A DNA stretch of 64,000 nt from Methanothrix sp. GTDB taxonomy: Archaea; Halobacteriota; Methanosarcinia; Methanotrichales; Methanotrichaceae. Below the pieces are notes generated by a model. That model worked only from the letters and a program-made list of their open reading frames with translations. It made no database searches and was not told the origin of the DNA. Below, in pieces: positions 51,401 to 60,235 of this stretch; positions within the stretch are counted from its first letter, which is position 1; each line of letters starts with the position of its first letter. The position numbers and the translations under genes were made by a program. The stretch lies in assembly GCA_963682135.1 (NCBI GenBank), contig OY821645.1, positions 1,344,001-1,408,000 of the forward strand, given 5' to 3'.

Positions 51401-54400
51401 GTTACGGGATGTGTGCCTGGTGAGGCCGGATAGGATTGCGTCCAGCCAGATTGCGCAACTTCCTCAACAGTGTAGCTGCCGGGCTCAATGCCGATAAAAG
51501 AATAGGTTCCGTCGGCGGCGGTAACTTTGCTGGCCACCTCGGTTCCCACTTTCATCAGCCGGATGGTCCAGCCGGCCAAACCGGGCTCGCCGCTGTCTTT
51601 GAGACCGTTGCCGTTCTTGTCCTCAAACTTCATGCCGGACAGAACGGTTGACCAGTAGTTGCCGAAATCCAGGTCAGTCGGTCCGGGGACTCCTGAGAGC
51701 AGAGTTACGGGATGTGTGCCTGGTGAGGCCGGATAGGATTGCGTCCAGCCAGATTGCGCAACTTCCTCAACAGTGTAGCTGCCGGGCACAACTCCCATAA
51801 ACGAGTATGAGCCATCGGCGGCAGTCACTGTGCTGTCGACCTCAGCACCCTCTTTCATGAGCCTGATGGTCCAACCGGCCAAACCGGGCTCGCCGCTGTC
51901 TTTGAGACCGTTGCGGTTCTTGTCCTCGAATTTTATTCCGGACAAACTGGTTGACCAGTAGTTGCCGAAATCCAGGTTGATCGGCCCAGGGACTCCTGAT
52001 ACCAGGTTTAGGGGATGCGTTCCTGAAGCCGGATAGGACTGAGTCCAGCCAGATTGCGGGGCTTCTTCAACCGTGTAGCTGCCGGGAGCAATGCCGGTGA
52101 AAGAATAGGTACCGTCGGCGGCGGTCACCTGGCTTTCAACCATTGTTCCTTCTTTTATCAGCCGGATGGTCCAACTGGCCAAACCGGGCTCGCCATTATC
52201 TTTGGCACCGTTTCCGTTAATATCTTCGAACTTCATTCCCGAAAAACCGGTGGTGCGGAAGTTGCCGAAATCCAGGTCAATCGGTCCTGGGACTCCTGAG
52301 ACCAGGTTTAAGGGATGCGTTCCTGAAGCCGGATACGACTGAGTCCAGCCTGCCTGGGCGGCCTCCTGCACGGTATAGCTGCCGGGCGCAATGCCGATAA
52401 AGGAATAGGTACCGTCGGCGGCGGTCACCTTGCTTTCGACCGTTGTTCCCTCTTTCATCAGCCTGATGGTCCAGCCGGAGAGGCCAGGCTCGCCTGCATC
52501 TTTGGCACCGTTTCCATTAAGATCTTCGAACTTCATGCCTGAAAAACCGGTGGTGCGGAAGTTGCCGAAATCCAGGTTGGTCGGTCCGGGGACTCCTGAG
52601 ACCAGAGTTACGGGATATGTGCCAGTTGTTGCAGGATAGGACTGAGTCCAGCCTGCTTGCGCAGCCTCTTCAACCGTGTAGCTGCCGGGCGCAATGTCGG
52701 CAAAAGAATAGGCTCCGTCGGCGGCGGTCACCTGACTGTCGACAATTGTTCCTTCTTTCATTAGCCGAATGGTCCAGCCTGAGAGTCCCGGCTCGCCGCT
52801 GTCTTTTGCGCCGTTTGCATTCAGATCTTCGAACTTCATGCCGGAGAGACCGCTGGCAATCACATTGCCGAAGAGATTTTCCCGCGATGGCATGTTGGTC
52901 AGGGTTACGGAGTGGTACTCCTCTGCGGGATAGGTCCGGACCCAGCCAGCCTTAGAAACCTCGTAGACCCGGTAGGTGTCCGGCTGCAGGTTCAGAAACT
53001 CGTATGTCCCCTCTTTGCCAGGCTCCCCGCTGGTGGTAGTGGTCTGCAGGAGGTTGTCGCTCTCATCCTTGAGCTGTATATCCCAGCCGGAGAGGGGCGG
53101 CTCGTCGGTATCCATTTTGCCGTCGCCATTCCTGTCGTGGAACTTCTTGCCGGAGATGGCAAGCTGATTGTTGCCGAACATTTTTCCCTGGGCAGGCAGG
53201 TTGGTCAGGGTTACGGTGAAGTACTCCTCAGCGGGAGCGGTCTTGACCCAGCCGGGCTTCTGGACCTCATAGACCCGGTAGGTGCCCGGCTGCAGGTCCA
53301 CAAACTCGTATGTCCCCTCTTTGCCAGGCTCCCCGCTGGTGGTAGTGGTCCGCAGGAGGCTGCCGCTGCTGTCCTTAAGCTGTATCTCCCAGCCGGGGAT
53401 GGGCGGCTCATCTGGGCCCTTTTCCCCGTTGGCGTCCTTGTCATGGAACTTCATGCCGGAGATGGAGACCGGTTGATAGAGACCGGCATCCCAGGACAAG
53501 TCCATGCTGCCCGACACCACATTAACCTTCCTTGTCCGATGAGTAACAGGATCGGCATCGCTGTCAAGTCCGTTATCAGCGCCTTGATCCTGGACTGTGA
53601 TGCTGTAGCCAGCCGGAGGCAGAAATTCCAGATAGTAGGCTCCTGCGGCAGGGCTCTCAAAGAGGTACTTTCCATCGGCGTCGGTGGTCTGGCTCGCGAC
53701 AATGTTATCTGCCGCGTCCATCAAGTACACAGTAACCCCTTCCAGGCCCTTCTCGCCTGCATCCTGGATGCCGTCGACGTCTTCATCCACCCAGACGTAG
53801 TCGCCCAGTCCATACTTGATCTCCACCCGGTAGTCCTCCACCTCGCCGTCAGATGCCGGGCCGTAGGAAGCAAGACCGGGCGAGCTGCTGAATCGAAGGC
53901 GGGCAAATGTGTACCCATCATTGGCATCGGCAGGCACAGAGAAGCTCACTGTCTGAGCGCCGGCGGAGAGCGCCTGATCGATGGCAATCTGCTCTCCTGC
54001 ATCGGAAAAGTCGCCGTCGCCATCGAAATCCATCCAGGCCTGGAGAATTCCCGGTGCCGAGGCGGTCACACTGAATGAGGACTGCTGGCCAATGATAATA
54101 TGATCCGAGAAGGTCGCCCCGTCCTCGTCGGCTCCGTCGCCATCGGCATTGGCCGTGGGCTGGCCGTCCGGCTCATAGTCCACGCTGGAGCCGAGATGGG
54201 GACCGGTCATCAGGTGGCGCGGCCCGTCGCTGGACCGGATGGTCTTGAATGTGTTAGGGGCATCGCCATAGTCCTCAGTGAGCATGTTTGGCGCGCCTGG
54301 AAGGGGGTCGGAAGAGAGAGAGCCGCCGAAAGTGGGCACGCCCCAGAAGCCCCAGTTGTCGGAAGCATCCGGGATGCAGGAGTAGCTCAGGCCCTCTTTG

Positions 54401-56016
54401 CTGCTGGAAGCAGGGCAGGCGACACGATCCATCTCCACTCCGCCAGAGTTGCAGAGGATCACAGGATCGCCATTGCTATTGCTGATGCCACCCCCAGAGG
54501 AGCCACGGAGATGAACTACCAGATAGCCTCCTGATGGGATAACTGTGCCGTCAGGAATGGTGGCCAATATGTAAGGGTTGTCATCATCCTTTATCGTCCA
54601 CTGCCCCACATTGAAGTCTGCGGTGCCCACGTTCTTCAGCTCCAACCGCTCCCAGGAAACAGTGCCGTCATTGTTGTCGTTCCCTTCCGGGTTGGGATAG
54701 ATCTCGTTTATTATTATCTTGTTTTCATACAGTCCGGCATCGACGCTCTTGCTCTGGCCGGGATCAAGCGTGATTTTGTCGCTTTTGCCCTGGTAGTCCA
54801 CATCGCTGTCTATGCTATCGTCGTTGCCCTGGTCTTTGGGGCTGAAGGTCTCTCCTGCGGGCGGGATGAACTGCACATAATAATCGCCCGGAACCAGGTC
54901 GATGAAGGAGTGGCTGCCATCGCCACTGGTTTGCGTATAGAAGCAGCCGACCTTGGAATTACAGTAATCTATTCTAACATTCGGTTCGCCTGGCTCGCCC
55001 GCATCCTGCAGGCCGTTGCCGTTCAAATCGCGCCAGGCTCTGCCCGACAAGGTTGCTCCTTCTGCGATGATCTGCAGGCCCGACGTATCGTCTGCCACAT
55101 AGGCATAGCTGCCGGAGACGGCCACGCCCCAGGCATGGCCTGGGGTGCTGCAATAGCCCACAGGACTTGGGCTGGTTGGGTTGATGATATCGATGATCTG
55201 CAGGCCAAACATCCCGTCGGCCACATAGGCATAGCTGCCGGAGACGACCACGTCATGGGCTATGCCTGGAGTGTCGAAATGGCCCACAAGATTTGGGCTG
55301 AAGGGATTGCTAACATCGATGATCTGCAGGCCCGACATTTCATCCGCCACATAGGCATAGCTGCCGGAGACGGCCACGCCCCAGGCAGAGCCTGGAGTGT
55401 CGCAATAACCCACAAGATTTGGGCTGGAGGGGTTGCTGACATCGATGATCTGCAGGCCCGACGCATCATCCGCCACATAGGCGTAGCTGCCGGAGACGGC
55501 CACGCCATAAGCAGAGCCTGGAGTGTCGCAATAACCCACAAGATTTGGGCTGGAGGGGTTGCTGACATCGATGATCTGCAGGCCCGACGCATCATCCGCC
55601 ACATAGGCGTAGCTGCCGGAGACGGCCACGCCAAAAGCAGAGCCTGGGGTGTCGCAATGGCCCACAAGATTTGGGCTGGTTGGGTTGCTGATATCGATGA
55701 TCTGCAGGCCATAAAACCAGTCGGCCACATAGGCGTAGCTGCCGGAGACGGCCACACAAAGGGCAAAGCCTGGGGTGTCGTAATAGCCCACACGACTTGG
55801 GCTGGTTGGGTTAATGATATCGATAATCTGCAGGCCCGACATTTCATCCGCCACATAGGCGTAGCTGCCGGAGACGGCCACGCCATTGGCACGGTCTGGG
55901 GTGTCGTAATAGCCCACTTTCAACCAGGCCCCCTGGGCGGTGGCGAGAAGCAGCATAGCCAGCAGCGCCAATTGTAGCAGCAGTCTGCTGCATTCCATCC
56001 ACGGCTTAATCATCAT
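48439..56016 (-). CDS. Giant modular cell-surface protein: LVIVD beta-propeller, SdrD-B, lamin-tail, GEVED, 8 Cna/SdrD-B-like repeats, DUF11 domains and a beta-rich lineage-specific domain
   Basis: Signal peptide ending ATAQG; YAYVAD..GLQIID x7; D.NGNG..D.GEPG; INEIYPNP; DYGDAP...GEVEDY; KFED.NGNG...DFGN repeats. Alternative in-frame start at 56091. Confidence 0.88.
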   Translation of the reverse strand: MMIKPWMECSRLLLQLALLAMLLLATAQGAWLKVGYYDTPDRANGVAVSGSYAYVADEMSGLQIIDIINPTSPSRVGYYDTPGFALCVAVSGSYAYVADWFYGLQIIDISNPTSPNLVGHCDTPGSAFGVAVSGSYAYVADDASGLQIIDVSNPSSPNLVGYCDTPGSAYGVAVSGSYAYVADDASGLQIIDVSNPSSPNLVGYCDTPGSAWGVAVSGSYAYVADEMSGLQIIDVSNPFSPNLVGHFDTPGIAHDVVVSGSYAYVADGMFGLQIIDIINPTSPSPVGYCSTPGHAWGVAVSGSYAYVADDTSGLQIIAEGATLSGRAWRDLNGNGLQDAGEPGEPNVRIDYCNSKVGCFYTQTSGDGSHSFIDLVPGDYYVQFIPPAGETFSPKDQGNDDSIDSDVDYQGKSDKITLDPGQSKSVDAGLYENKIIINEIYPNPEGNDNNDGTVSWERLELKNVGTADFNVGQWTIKDDDNPYILATIPDGTVIPSGGYLVVHLRGSSGGGISNSNGDPVILCNSGGVEMDRVACPASSSKEGLSYSCIPDASDNWGFWGVPTFGGSLSSDPLPGAPNMLTEDYGDAPNTFKTIRSSDGPRHLMTGPHLGSSVDYEPDGQPTANADGDGADEDGATFSDHIIIGQQSSFSVTASAPGILQAWMDFDGDGDFSDAGEQIAIDQALSAGAQTVSFSVPADANDGYTFARLRFSSSPGLASYGPASDGEVEDYRVEIKYGLGDYVWVDEDVDGIQDAGEKGLEGVTVYLMDAADNIVASQTTDADGKYLFESPAAGAYYLEFLPPAGYSITVQDQGADNGLDSDADPVTHRTRKVNVVSGSMDLSWDAGLYQPVSISGMKFHDKDANGEKGPDEPPIPGWEIQLKDSSGSLLRTTTTSGEPGKEGTYEFVDLQPGTYRVYEVQKPGWVKTAPAEEYFTVTLTNLPAQGKMFGNNQLAISGKKFHDRNGDGKMDTDEPPLSGWDIQLKDESDNLLQTTTTSGEPGKEGTYEFLNLQPDTYRVYEVSKAGWVRTYPAEEYHSVTLTNMPSRENLFGNVIASGLSGMKFEDLNANGAKDSGEPGLSGWTIRLMKEGTIVDSQVTAADGAYSFADIAPGSYTVEEAAQAGWTQSYPATTGTYPVTLVSGVPGPTNLDFGNFRTTGFSGMKFEDLNGNGAKDAGEPGLSGWTIRLMKEGTTVESKVTAADGTYSFIGIAPGSYTVQEAAQAGWTQSYPASGTHPLNLVSGVPGPIDLDFGNFRTTGFSGMKFEDINGNGAKDNGEPGLASWTIRLIKEGTMVESQVTAADGTYSFTGIAPGSYTVEEAPQSGWTQSYPASGTHPLNLVSGVPGPINLDFGNYWSTSLSGIKFEDKNRNGLKDSGEPGLAGWTIRLMKEGAEVDSTVTAADGSYSFMGVVPGSYTVEEVAQSGWTQSYPASPGTHPVTLLSGVPGPTDLDFGNYWSTVLSGMKFEDKNGNGLKDSGEPGLAGWTIRLMKVGTEVASKVTAADGTYSFIGIEPGSYTVEEVAQSGWTQSYPASPGTHPVTLLSGVPGPTDLDFGNYWSTVLSGMKFEDKNGNGLKDSGELGLSGWTIRLKKEGTEVASKVTAADGTYSFIGVEPGSYTIEEVAQLGWTQSYPASPGTHPVTLVSGVPGPTDLDFGNRRFVQALQVAITADKLNVLPGQELTFYITINHDSSIGLNSMIVEYTLPSGLSFIGSNYSPLGVTQNADGTTTITWTFAAFSPQMAAQTAESDKSGDANAPSTTITVTSGVQPDAPQSLTGAVVVTGTSSEVTIAEARGTVSVNVEKLTGQPVHLNKTSDLLEVWPGATIGYTIAYESLLAKTALTNVVITEQASPDLIFLSASPAPDQGTDNIWTIGDLAPGQKGTISVFFQVKNASNLSFWSESSVSGSGFASTYRRLSTETQSQGLRNSVTLTCEEFTPVSTSYFVKLRDRDGTSLLKTEHGSGDYHSEEVAALQMQNRSISTAGSLKAAYRPTSFLLPGGRSINYSSEISSLTRTRNRATQASTSNEIRYAKSLEMDQKLLVDKNETLISVEGSLQGQVHLGALKKDGEAVKPTPVFESSQEYAGSFRFNQSLEDYGSNVRLIGNASGQGEVTSDQRLKKSQRSYEHGNGSYESEEQASTAESYMAKDLSVSSDPAYGYGKWQSGIWSKSSGKSYLGQEVKGADYIKEETRASGLNDLSSNLSYRGQGRFRTVSEPDNRSALDLDEEYVGEYTIQRKIRLGGVSRFDRPHLTLNKTGRLVPGTAAADYTITVQNDGNTALGPVYVWDIFPAGTDYLTSSLKPNRLQPGYANWSLLYLGIGQSVTISLRLNVTDRQDELVNLVYASGGHNDEWVTAGNMSVMQFGWLGCCQPDLLLEKQARIDAVDGRTIWYRVLLKNRANVSLAAQVTDRLPAGLELLNASAEPQVQGENLVWVTGAIPAGKSRFIEYRTQAAQNGRFVNTALAEVHALDGSGGSAVQASATVTVGEATSYAEDGWRPPEWGLDRMEMICDDEIAGEGGSCGCPLYE
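51053..53470 (-). repeat. Eight tandem intragenic repeats of 300-306 bp (about 100-aa Cna/SdrD-B-like domains)
   Basis: Anchor TTGCCGAA recurs at 51053, 51356, 51659, 51962, 52262, 52562, 52865 and 53171, with long near-identical stretches among the first three units. Confidence 0.92.
55066..55925 (-). repeat. Seven tandem 126-bp LVIVD repeats
   Basis: The ATCTGCAGGCC anchor recurs every 126 bp (for example GATCTGCAGG at 55321, 55447 and 55573). Confidence 0.92.
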
Positions 56017-56280
56017 GAGACCATGTCGACAATGCCTGCGGCTGCACACGGCCTGCGCGCGCCCTCTCGGGCGGACCGAAATCCCTGCCATTGCTCCCTT
56101 TCCCTCCCCTGACCGAAGAAAGCTGATTTGCGACAGCCTCCCCTGCACTGGGAGGTGCCCGCATAACTGATACAAAACTATGCCAATTTATGCTGAAGAA
56201 TAATTCAGGTATAAAATCTTTACCATTGTTGGCAATCATTGCAGAAAATGGCAAAAAAATGTTATTAAGATATCTGAATC

Positions 56281-57051
56281 TCACTGAGCTTTCGCAAACT
56301 CGATGGTCTTCTCAGGCACTGCCCCTGCATTTGTCTGCACTTTTTCCAGGTTGCTTTGAAACTCGCTGTTGCTTGGCTCCAGCGCCAGAGCCTTCTCAAA
56401 GCTGCTACGTGCATCCTCTGCAAGACCTAACTGTAATTGGACCAATCCTTTGGTATTCCAGGCATTGGCATTCTTGGAATTGAGCTCAATCGCCCTGTCC
56501 AGGAGGGGAAGAGACTCATTGAAACTACCCTGCGATACCAGCAACCACCCTTGCCGATACCAGGCCAGATCAAGTGACGGGTTCAAAGCAGCAGCCTGAC
56601 CATAGGCCTGCAATGCCTCATCGTATCTTTGCATCTCCTCCAGGATCATCCCTTTATTGAAATAATAGTTGGCATTCCTGGGGTTGAGACTCAAGGCCGT
56701 CTCAATGGATTCGAGGGCCTCCTCATGCTGCCTCATGCCACCGGATAGAATCAGCCCCCGATCATTGTAAGCCTGGGCATTGGAGCGGTCCAGCTTGATC
56801 AGCTCATCAAAGCTATCCACAGCTTCGCTGTATCTCTTCATAACCCTGAGCAGATTGGCTTTGAAGCTCCAGGCCCAGGTATCGGTGGAGTTCAGATCGA
56901 GGTATTCATCGATGTCCTGCAATGCCAGAGAGTACGAACCATTGTTGTAGTCGCTTTGCGTCTGCATGAGCCAATAATTGGCATCCTGGCCGACTGCGGC
57001 GGAAATAGTTACCAGGAAAAAGGCCAGGAGAAAGAAGACTATGGACTTCAT
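56281..57051 (-). CDS. Exported tetratricopeptide-repeat protein
   Basis: Signal peptide plus about six TPR motifs (AWSFKA, AYNDRG, YYFNKG, AWYRQG, AWNTKG). Confidence 0.9.
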   Translation of the reverse strand: MKSIVFFLLAFFLVTISAAVGQDANYWLMQTQSDYNNGSYSLALQDIDEYLDLNSTDTWAWSFKANLLRVMKRYSEAVDSFDELIKLDRSNAQAYNDRGLILSGGMRQHEEALESIETALSLNPRNANYYFNKGMILEEMQRYDEALQAYGQAAALNPSLDLAWYRQGWLLVSQGSFNESLPLLDRAIELNSKNANAWNTKGLVQLQLGLAEDARSSFEKALALEPSNSEFQSNLEKVQTNAGAVPEKTIEFAKAQ

Positions 57052-57161
57052 GCTCCCTAATGTATTCGAGGAAGTGGATATAGCTTGCGGTCGGTTGCTT
57101 ATGGCTACCGCTATACCAAGTTTCAGTTCAAATCTGAATTAAAATAAGTGCGAAGATCGAC

Positions 57162-57959
57162 CTAAAGGACGACCTTCTCCGCTTCCTCTGCGGTGTATCC
57201 CTTATGAACCACGGTGCATAGCTTCTTGACCAGAAGCGTGGGATTTTTCGCCTGGAAGATGTTTCTGCCGAAGGCAACGCCTGCCCCGCCGACCGCTATT
57301 GCGTCATAGACCATCTGCAAGAGGTCCTTTTCCGTGTCCATCTTGGGTCCACCGGCGATGACTACCGGCACGCTGCAACCCTGCACAACCTCCTTGAAGG
57401 TATCGGGTGACCCGGTATAGTTGGTCTTGACAATATCCGCCCCCAGCTCGGAACCGATTCGGGCGGCAAGCTTTACATACTCCACATTGTGCTCGGACTT
57501 GACCTTTGGCCCGCGAGGATACATCATGGCAATGAGCGGCATGCCCCACAGATCGCAGGTTCTGGCTACTCGGCCCAGATCGTGCAGCATCTCCGCTTCG
57601 TCCTCTGCGCCCACGTTGACATGAATGCTTACCGCATCAGCCCCTATCCTTATGGCATCCTCCACCTCAGTCACAAGAACCTTGTGATTGGGATCAGGAC
57701 CCAGAGAACTGGATGCCGAGAGATGGATGATCAATCCGATATCACGTCCATAGCCTCTGTGGCCGTGAAGAGGCAGGCCCATGTGCCCCAAAACAGCATT
57801 TGCTCCGCCTTCGGCCACTTTGTCCACCGTGGCAGGCATGTTCGTCAGGCCGGCGATGGGGCCTACGGAGATGCCGTGATCCATGGGTACAATGACTGTT
57901 CTGCGAGTCTTGCGATCCAGAATGCGCTCCAGTCTTATCGCCTTTCCGATCTTGCTCAT
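57162..57959 (-). CDS. aroA': 2-amino-3,7-dideoxy-D-threo-hept-6-ulosonate synthase (DhnA-type class I aldolase)
   Basis: [27 protein letters not shown], Schiff-base ELGADIVKT and AFGRNIFQ. The archaeal FBP aldolase paralog is not fully excluded. Confidence 0.82.
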   Translation of the reverse strand: MSKIGKAIRLERILDRKTRRTVIVPMDHGISVGPIAGLTNMPATVDKVAEGGANAVLGHMGLPLHGHRGYGRDIGLIIHLSASSSLGPDPNHKVLVTEVEDAIRIGADAVSIHVNVGAEDEAEMLHDLGRVARTCDLWGMPLIAMMYPRGPKVKSEHNVEYVKLAARIGSELGADIVKTNYTGSPDTFKEVVQGCSVPVVIAGGPKMDTEKDLLQMVYDAIAVGGAGVAFGRNIFQAKNPTLLVKKLCTVVHKGYTAEEAEKVVL

Positions 57960-58041
57960 GATTGGTAGTTCATGCGAACACTCAAATTAAAGATGATGGT
58001 CGAAGAAGGGCAAGTGCCCTACTGGCCCGATTCTCGCTTTA

Positions 58042-58842
58042 TCAGGATACCTCCGCCGCGGTCTTCGGCACTTTCTGAAAATCCTCTTGCACCTCTTTGC
58101 CATCCAGATAGAGCAACGTGGCCAGGCCGTAGACGTAGGGCAGGGAGAGCACACTAATTATGGCACCGATGAAAGGAATGTTGGGAAGCACTGCGCTTAT
58201 GCCAAGAGAGACCAAGAATACGACCAGAGAATCGGATAGATTTGCCTCGACAAAACGGTAGCTTGCTTTCAGGGCCTCTGTGCCGGACTTGCCGTCGATC
58301 ATCACCGTTTGGATGACGAAGTAGAAGGCAAAGCTCAAGATTACGCCAGGGATGAAAAAGAGCAGATATCCCAGGGCTACAATTATGCCGGCCAGGAGAG
58401 AAGTGATGACCAACGGCTCCATTTTAGCCATAGTGGCCTTCCAGGCATTGGATAGGTTTGCCTTATTGCCTGTAGACGCCACTTTAATCATTTCTATTGT
58501 CATCCCTTCCGCCAGGAAGAAGAGTACTATCATAAGTATTATGAACAGGAAAATGCCTTCCAGGGCCGAGAACACACTGGATCCTTCATCTCCAAAGACT
58601 GCGATCAGCCCTATGTAGCCCGCGAAGATCAAAAAAACCACAATGAGCACTGCTATGGGAATAAGTGACGGCAAAATCATGAGGGGATTATCCCGGTAGA
58701 TCTTATAGGCACGCGAGAAGATCTCGCCCAGCGCCCTTTTTCCCGGACTTTTTTCCTTTTTCGTTTCATTTTCTACAATCGGGGCGAGCGCATCGGACTT
58801 TGCATCGGATTGAGGATCAAGTTGGTCTGAATCGGAATTCAT
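58042..58842 (-). CDS. Multi-pass membrane protein of unknown function
   Basis: About six hydrophobic segments; LFFIPGV and ALKASY.FV motifs. Confidence 0.78.
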   Translation of the reverse strand: MNSDSDQLDPQSDAKSDALAPIVENETKKEKSPGKRALGEIFSRAYKIYRDNPLMILPSLIPIAVLIVVFLIFAGYIGLIAVFGDEGSSVFSALEGIFLFIILMIVLFFLAEGMTIEMIKVASTGNKANLSNAWKATMAKMEPLVITSLLAGIIVALGYLLFFIPGVILSFAFYFVIQTVMIDGKSGTEALKASYRFVEANLSDSLVVFLVSLGISAVLPNIPFIGAIISVLSLPYVYGLATLLYLDGKEVQEDFQKVPKTAAEVS

Positions 58843-58975
58843 GGTAAGTCATTTCTCTGTTTATGATTCGAATCTATATAAAATTTTGCGAAATCGACTG
58901 CATTGCTATTTAGACTTGCGTCCGTCAAGCGAGCTTTTTATACCTTTGGACGACATTCCTAAAGGGGGGAATTAC

Positions 58976-59674
58976 ATGAAGTGGTTAGTAATAATATTAG
59001 GCATTATGATCACTGCCTCTCTCTCATCCATAGCAGGGGGCATGAATCCATCATTGACCGTTGTGGGCGAAGGGACCGTAAGTGTGCCTGCAGATATTGC
59101 GACCATCTCCGTCTCCGTGCAGAGCGGCAACGAAAATATGACGCAAGCTTCGGCATCCGTCCAGGAGATGATGGCTCAGGTAATCGATGCTCTGAAAGCA
59201 GCGGGCGTCAAAGATGAAGAGATTATTCCAGGACAGTCAAATGGAGTAACCAGCTATCAGTCCACCAGCAAGGTCTGCAAGAGAGTAAACAACAGCACAA
59301 TATGCGAGAATGACTCGACCTCTCTCTCTTCCTTGGAGCGATCGACCATCATACGCCTTAAGAGCACCGATGAAACCAGAATAAACCATGTGCTGGATGC
59401 AGCCCGCTCTGCCGGAGCCAAGGCTTATGTGGCTGGATACGGCCTGAGCGATTCCAGCAAGGCTGCGACGCAGGCTCGCCAGAAAGCAGTAGCCAATGCC
59501 AAAGAGAATGCAGCCGCAATGGCAGCCGCAGAAGGATTGCGTTTGGGAAAGGTGCTGGACATTTCCGATTATGGATATCCACTTGCGCTTAACGATTTCT
59601 CAGGCGGCTCGGCACAACTGGGCATGGTAGATGTTACCTCCTACGTGGTAGTCACCTATGAGTTTGAAATTTGA
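58976..59674 (+). CDS. SIMPL (DUF541) domain exported protein
   Basis: Signal peptide, LTVVGEGTVSVPADIATISVSV, AVANAKENAAAMAAAEG and terminal VVVTYE. Confidence 0.88.
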   Translation: MKWLVIILGIMITASLSSIAGGMNPSLTVVGEGTVSVPADIATISVSVQSGNENMTQASASVQEMMAQVIDALKAAGVKDEEIIPGQSNGVTSYQSTSKVCKRVNNSTICENDSTSLSSLERSTIIRLKSTDETRINHVLDAARSAGAKAYVAGYGLSDSSKAATQARQKAVANAKENAAAMAAAEGLRLGKVLDISDYGYPLALNDFSGGSAQLGMVDVTSYVVVTYEFEI

Positions 59675-59713
59675 GGAGGTCACAGCCAGCGTGACCATGA
59701 CCTACGAGATATC

Positions 59714-60223
59714 TTAGCTGTACATCGGTTCGGGCGGGCCTGCGATCCTGTTCGTCGGCCCTTCCCCAAAGATCTCCTGGAACTTCCAGACCACATAAAG
59801 CTCGCACTTGAAGTTGCTGCGAATGGCCTGCATCAACTCGTTCTTGGTGAGACCGTCATAATAGATCTCTCGCGTAAAACGAATGCTCTGCAGATCGCCT
59901 CCTCCCGGCTCGATCTCGAAACTGGAATCCTGGAAGAGCAGGTCATAGCGCATCTGCCAGAGCAATCGCTCTTTCTCCTTAGGAGGCATAGCGGCCAGAG
60001 CTTTTTGATGCGCGTCGGCCAGCCTTATGCGGCTGAAGACGACGACCACGTCCTCATGGCCTTTGGGCTGAATGACGGATAAATGCCGGCCGGACTTGGC
60101 AGGAAACTCTGCTGCTATCTGAAAGTAAAGATGCTCCTGCGGGATCTCTTCCTTGAACAGCCCTTCCTGAACCAGCCAGTTCTTGATCTTTTCCTGGGTT
60201 TCAATGATCTCTTGAGATGTCAT
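59714..60223 (-). CDS. DUF2299-like protein
   Basis: IKNWLVQEG and IYYDGLTKNELM; lies 12 nt downstream of ftr. Confidence 0.7.
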   Translation of the reverse strand: MTSQEIIETQEKIKNWLVQEGLFKEEIPQEHLYFQIAAEFPAKSGRHLSVIQPKGHEDVVVVFSRIRLADAHQKALAAMPPKEKERLLWQMRYDLLFQDSSFEIEPGGGDLQSIRFTREIYYDGLTKNELMQAIRSNFKCELYVVWKFQEIFGEGPTNRIAGPPEPMYS

Positions 60224-60235
60224 CGCTTATCTCAT

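Noticed and set aside
51053-55925. Tandem repeats as a CRISPR array or DGR
   Set aside because: Units are in-frame multiples of three inside one CDS, there are no unique spacers or cas genes, and there is no reverse transcriptase or non-coding template repeat in the window.
52912-55977. Long + strand ORFs (388 aa and 355 aa) and a 210-aa alternative-frame ORF
   Set aside because: Shadows created by the GC-rich repeated coding sequence of the giant surface protein.
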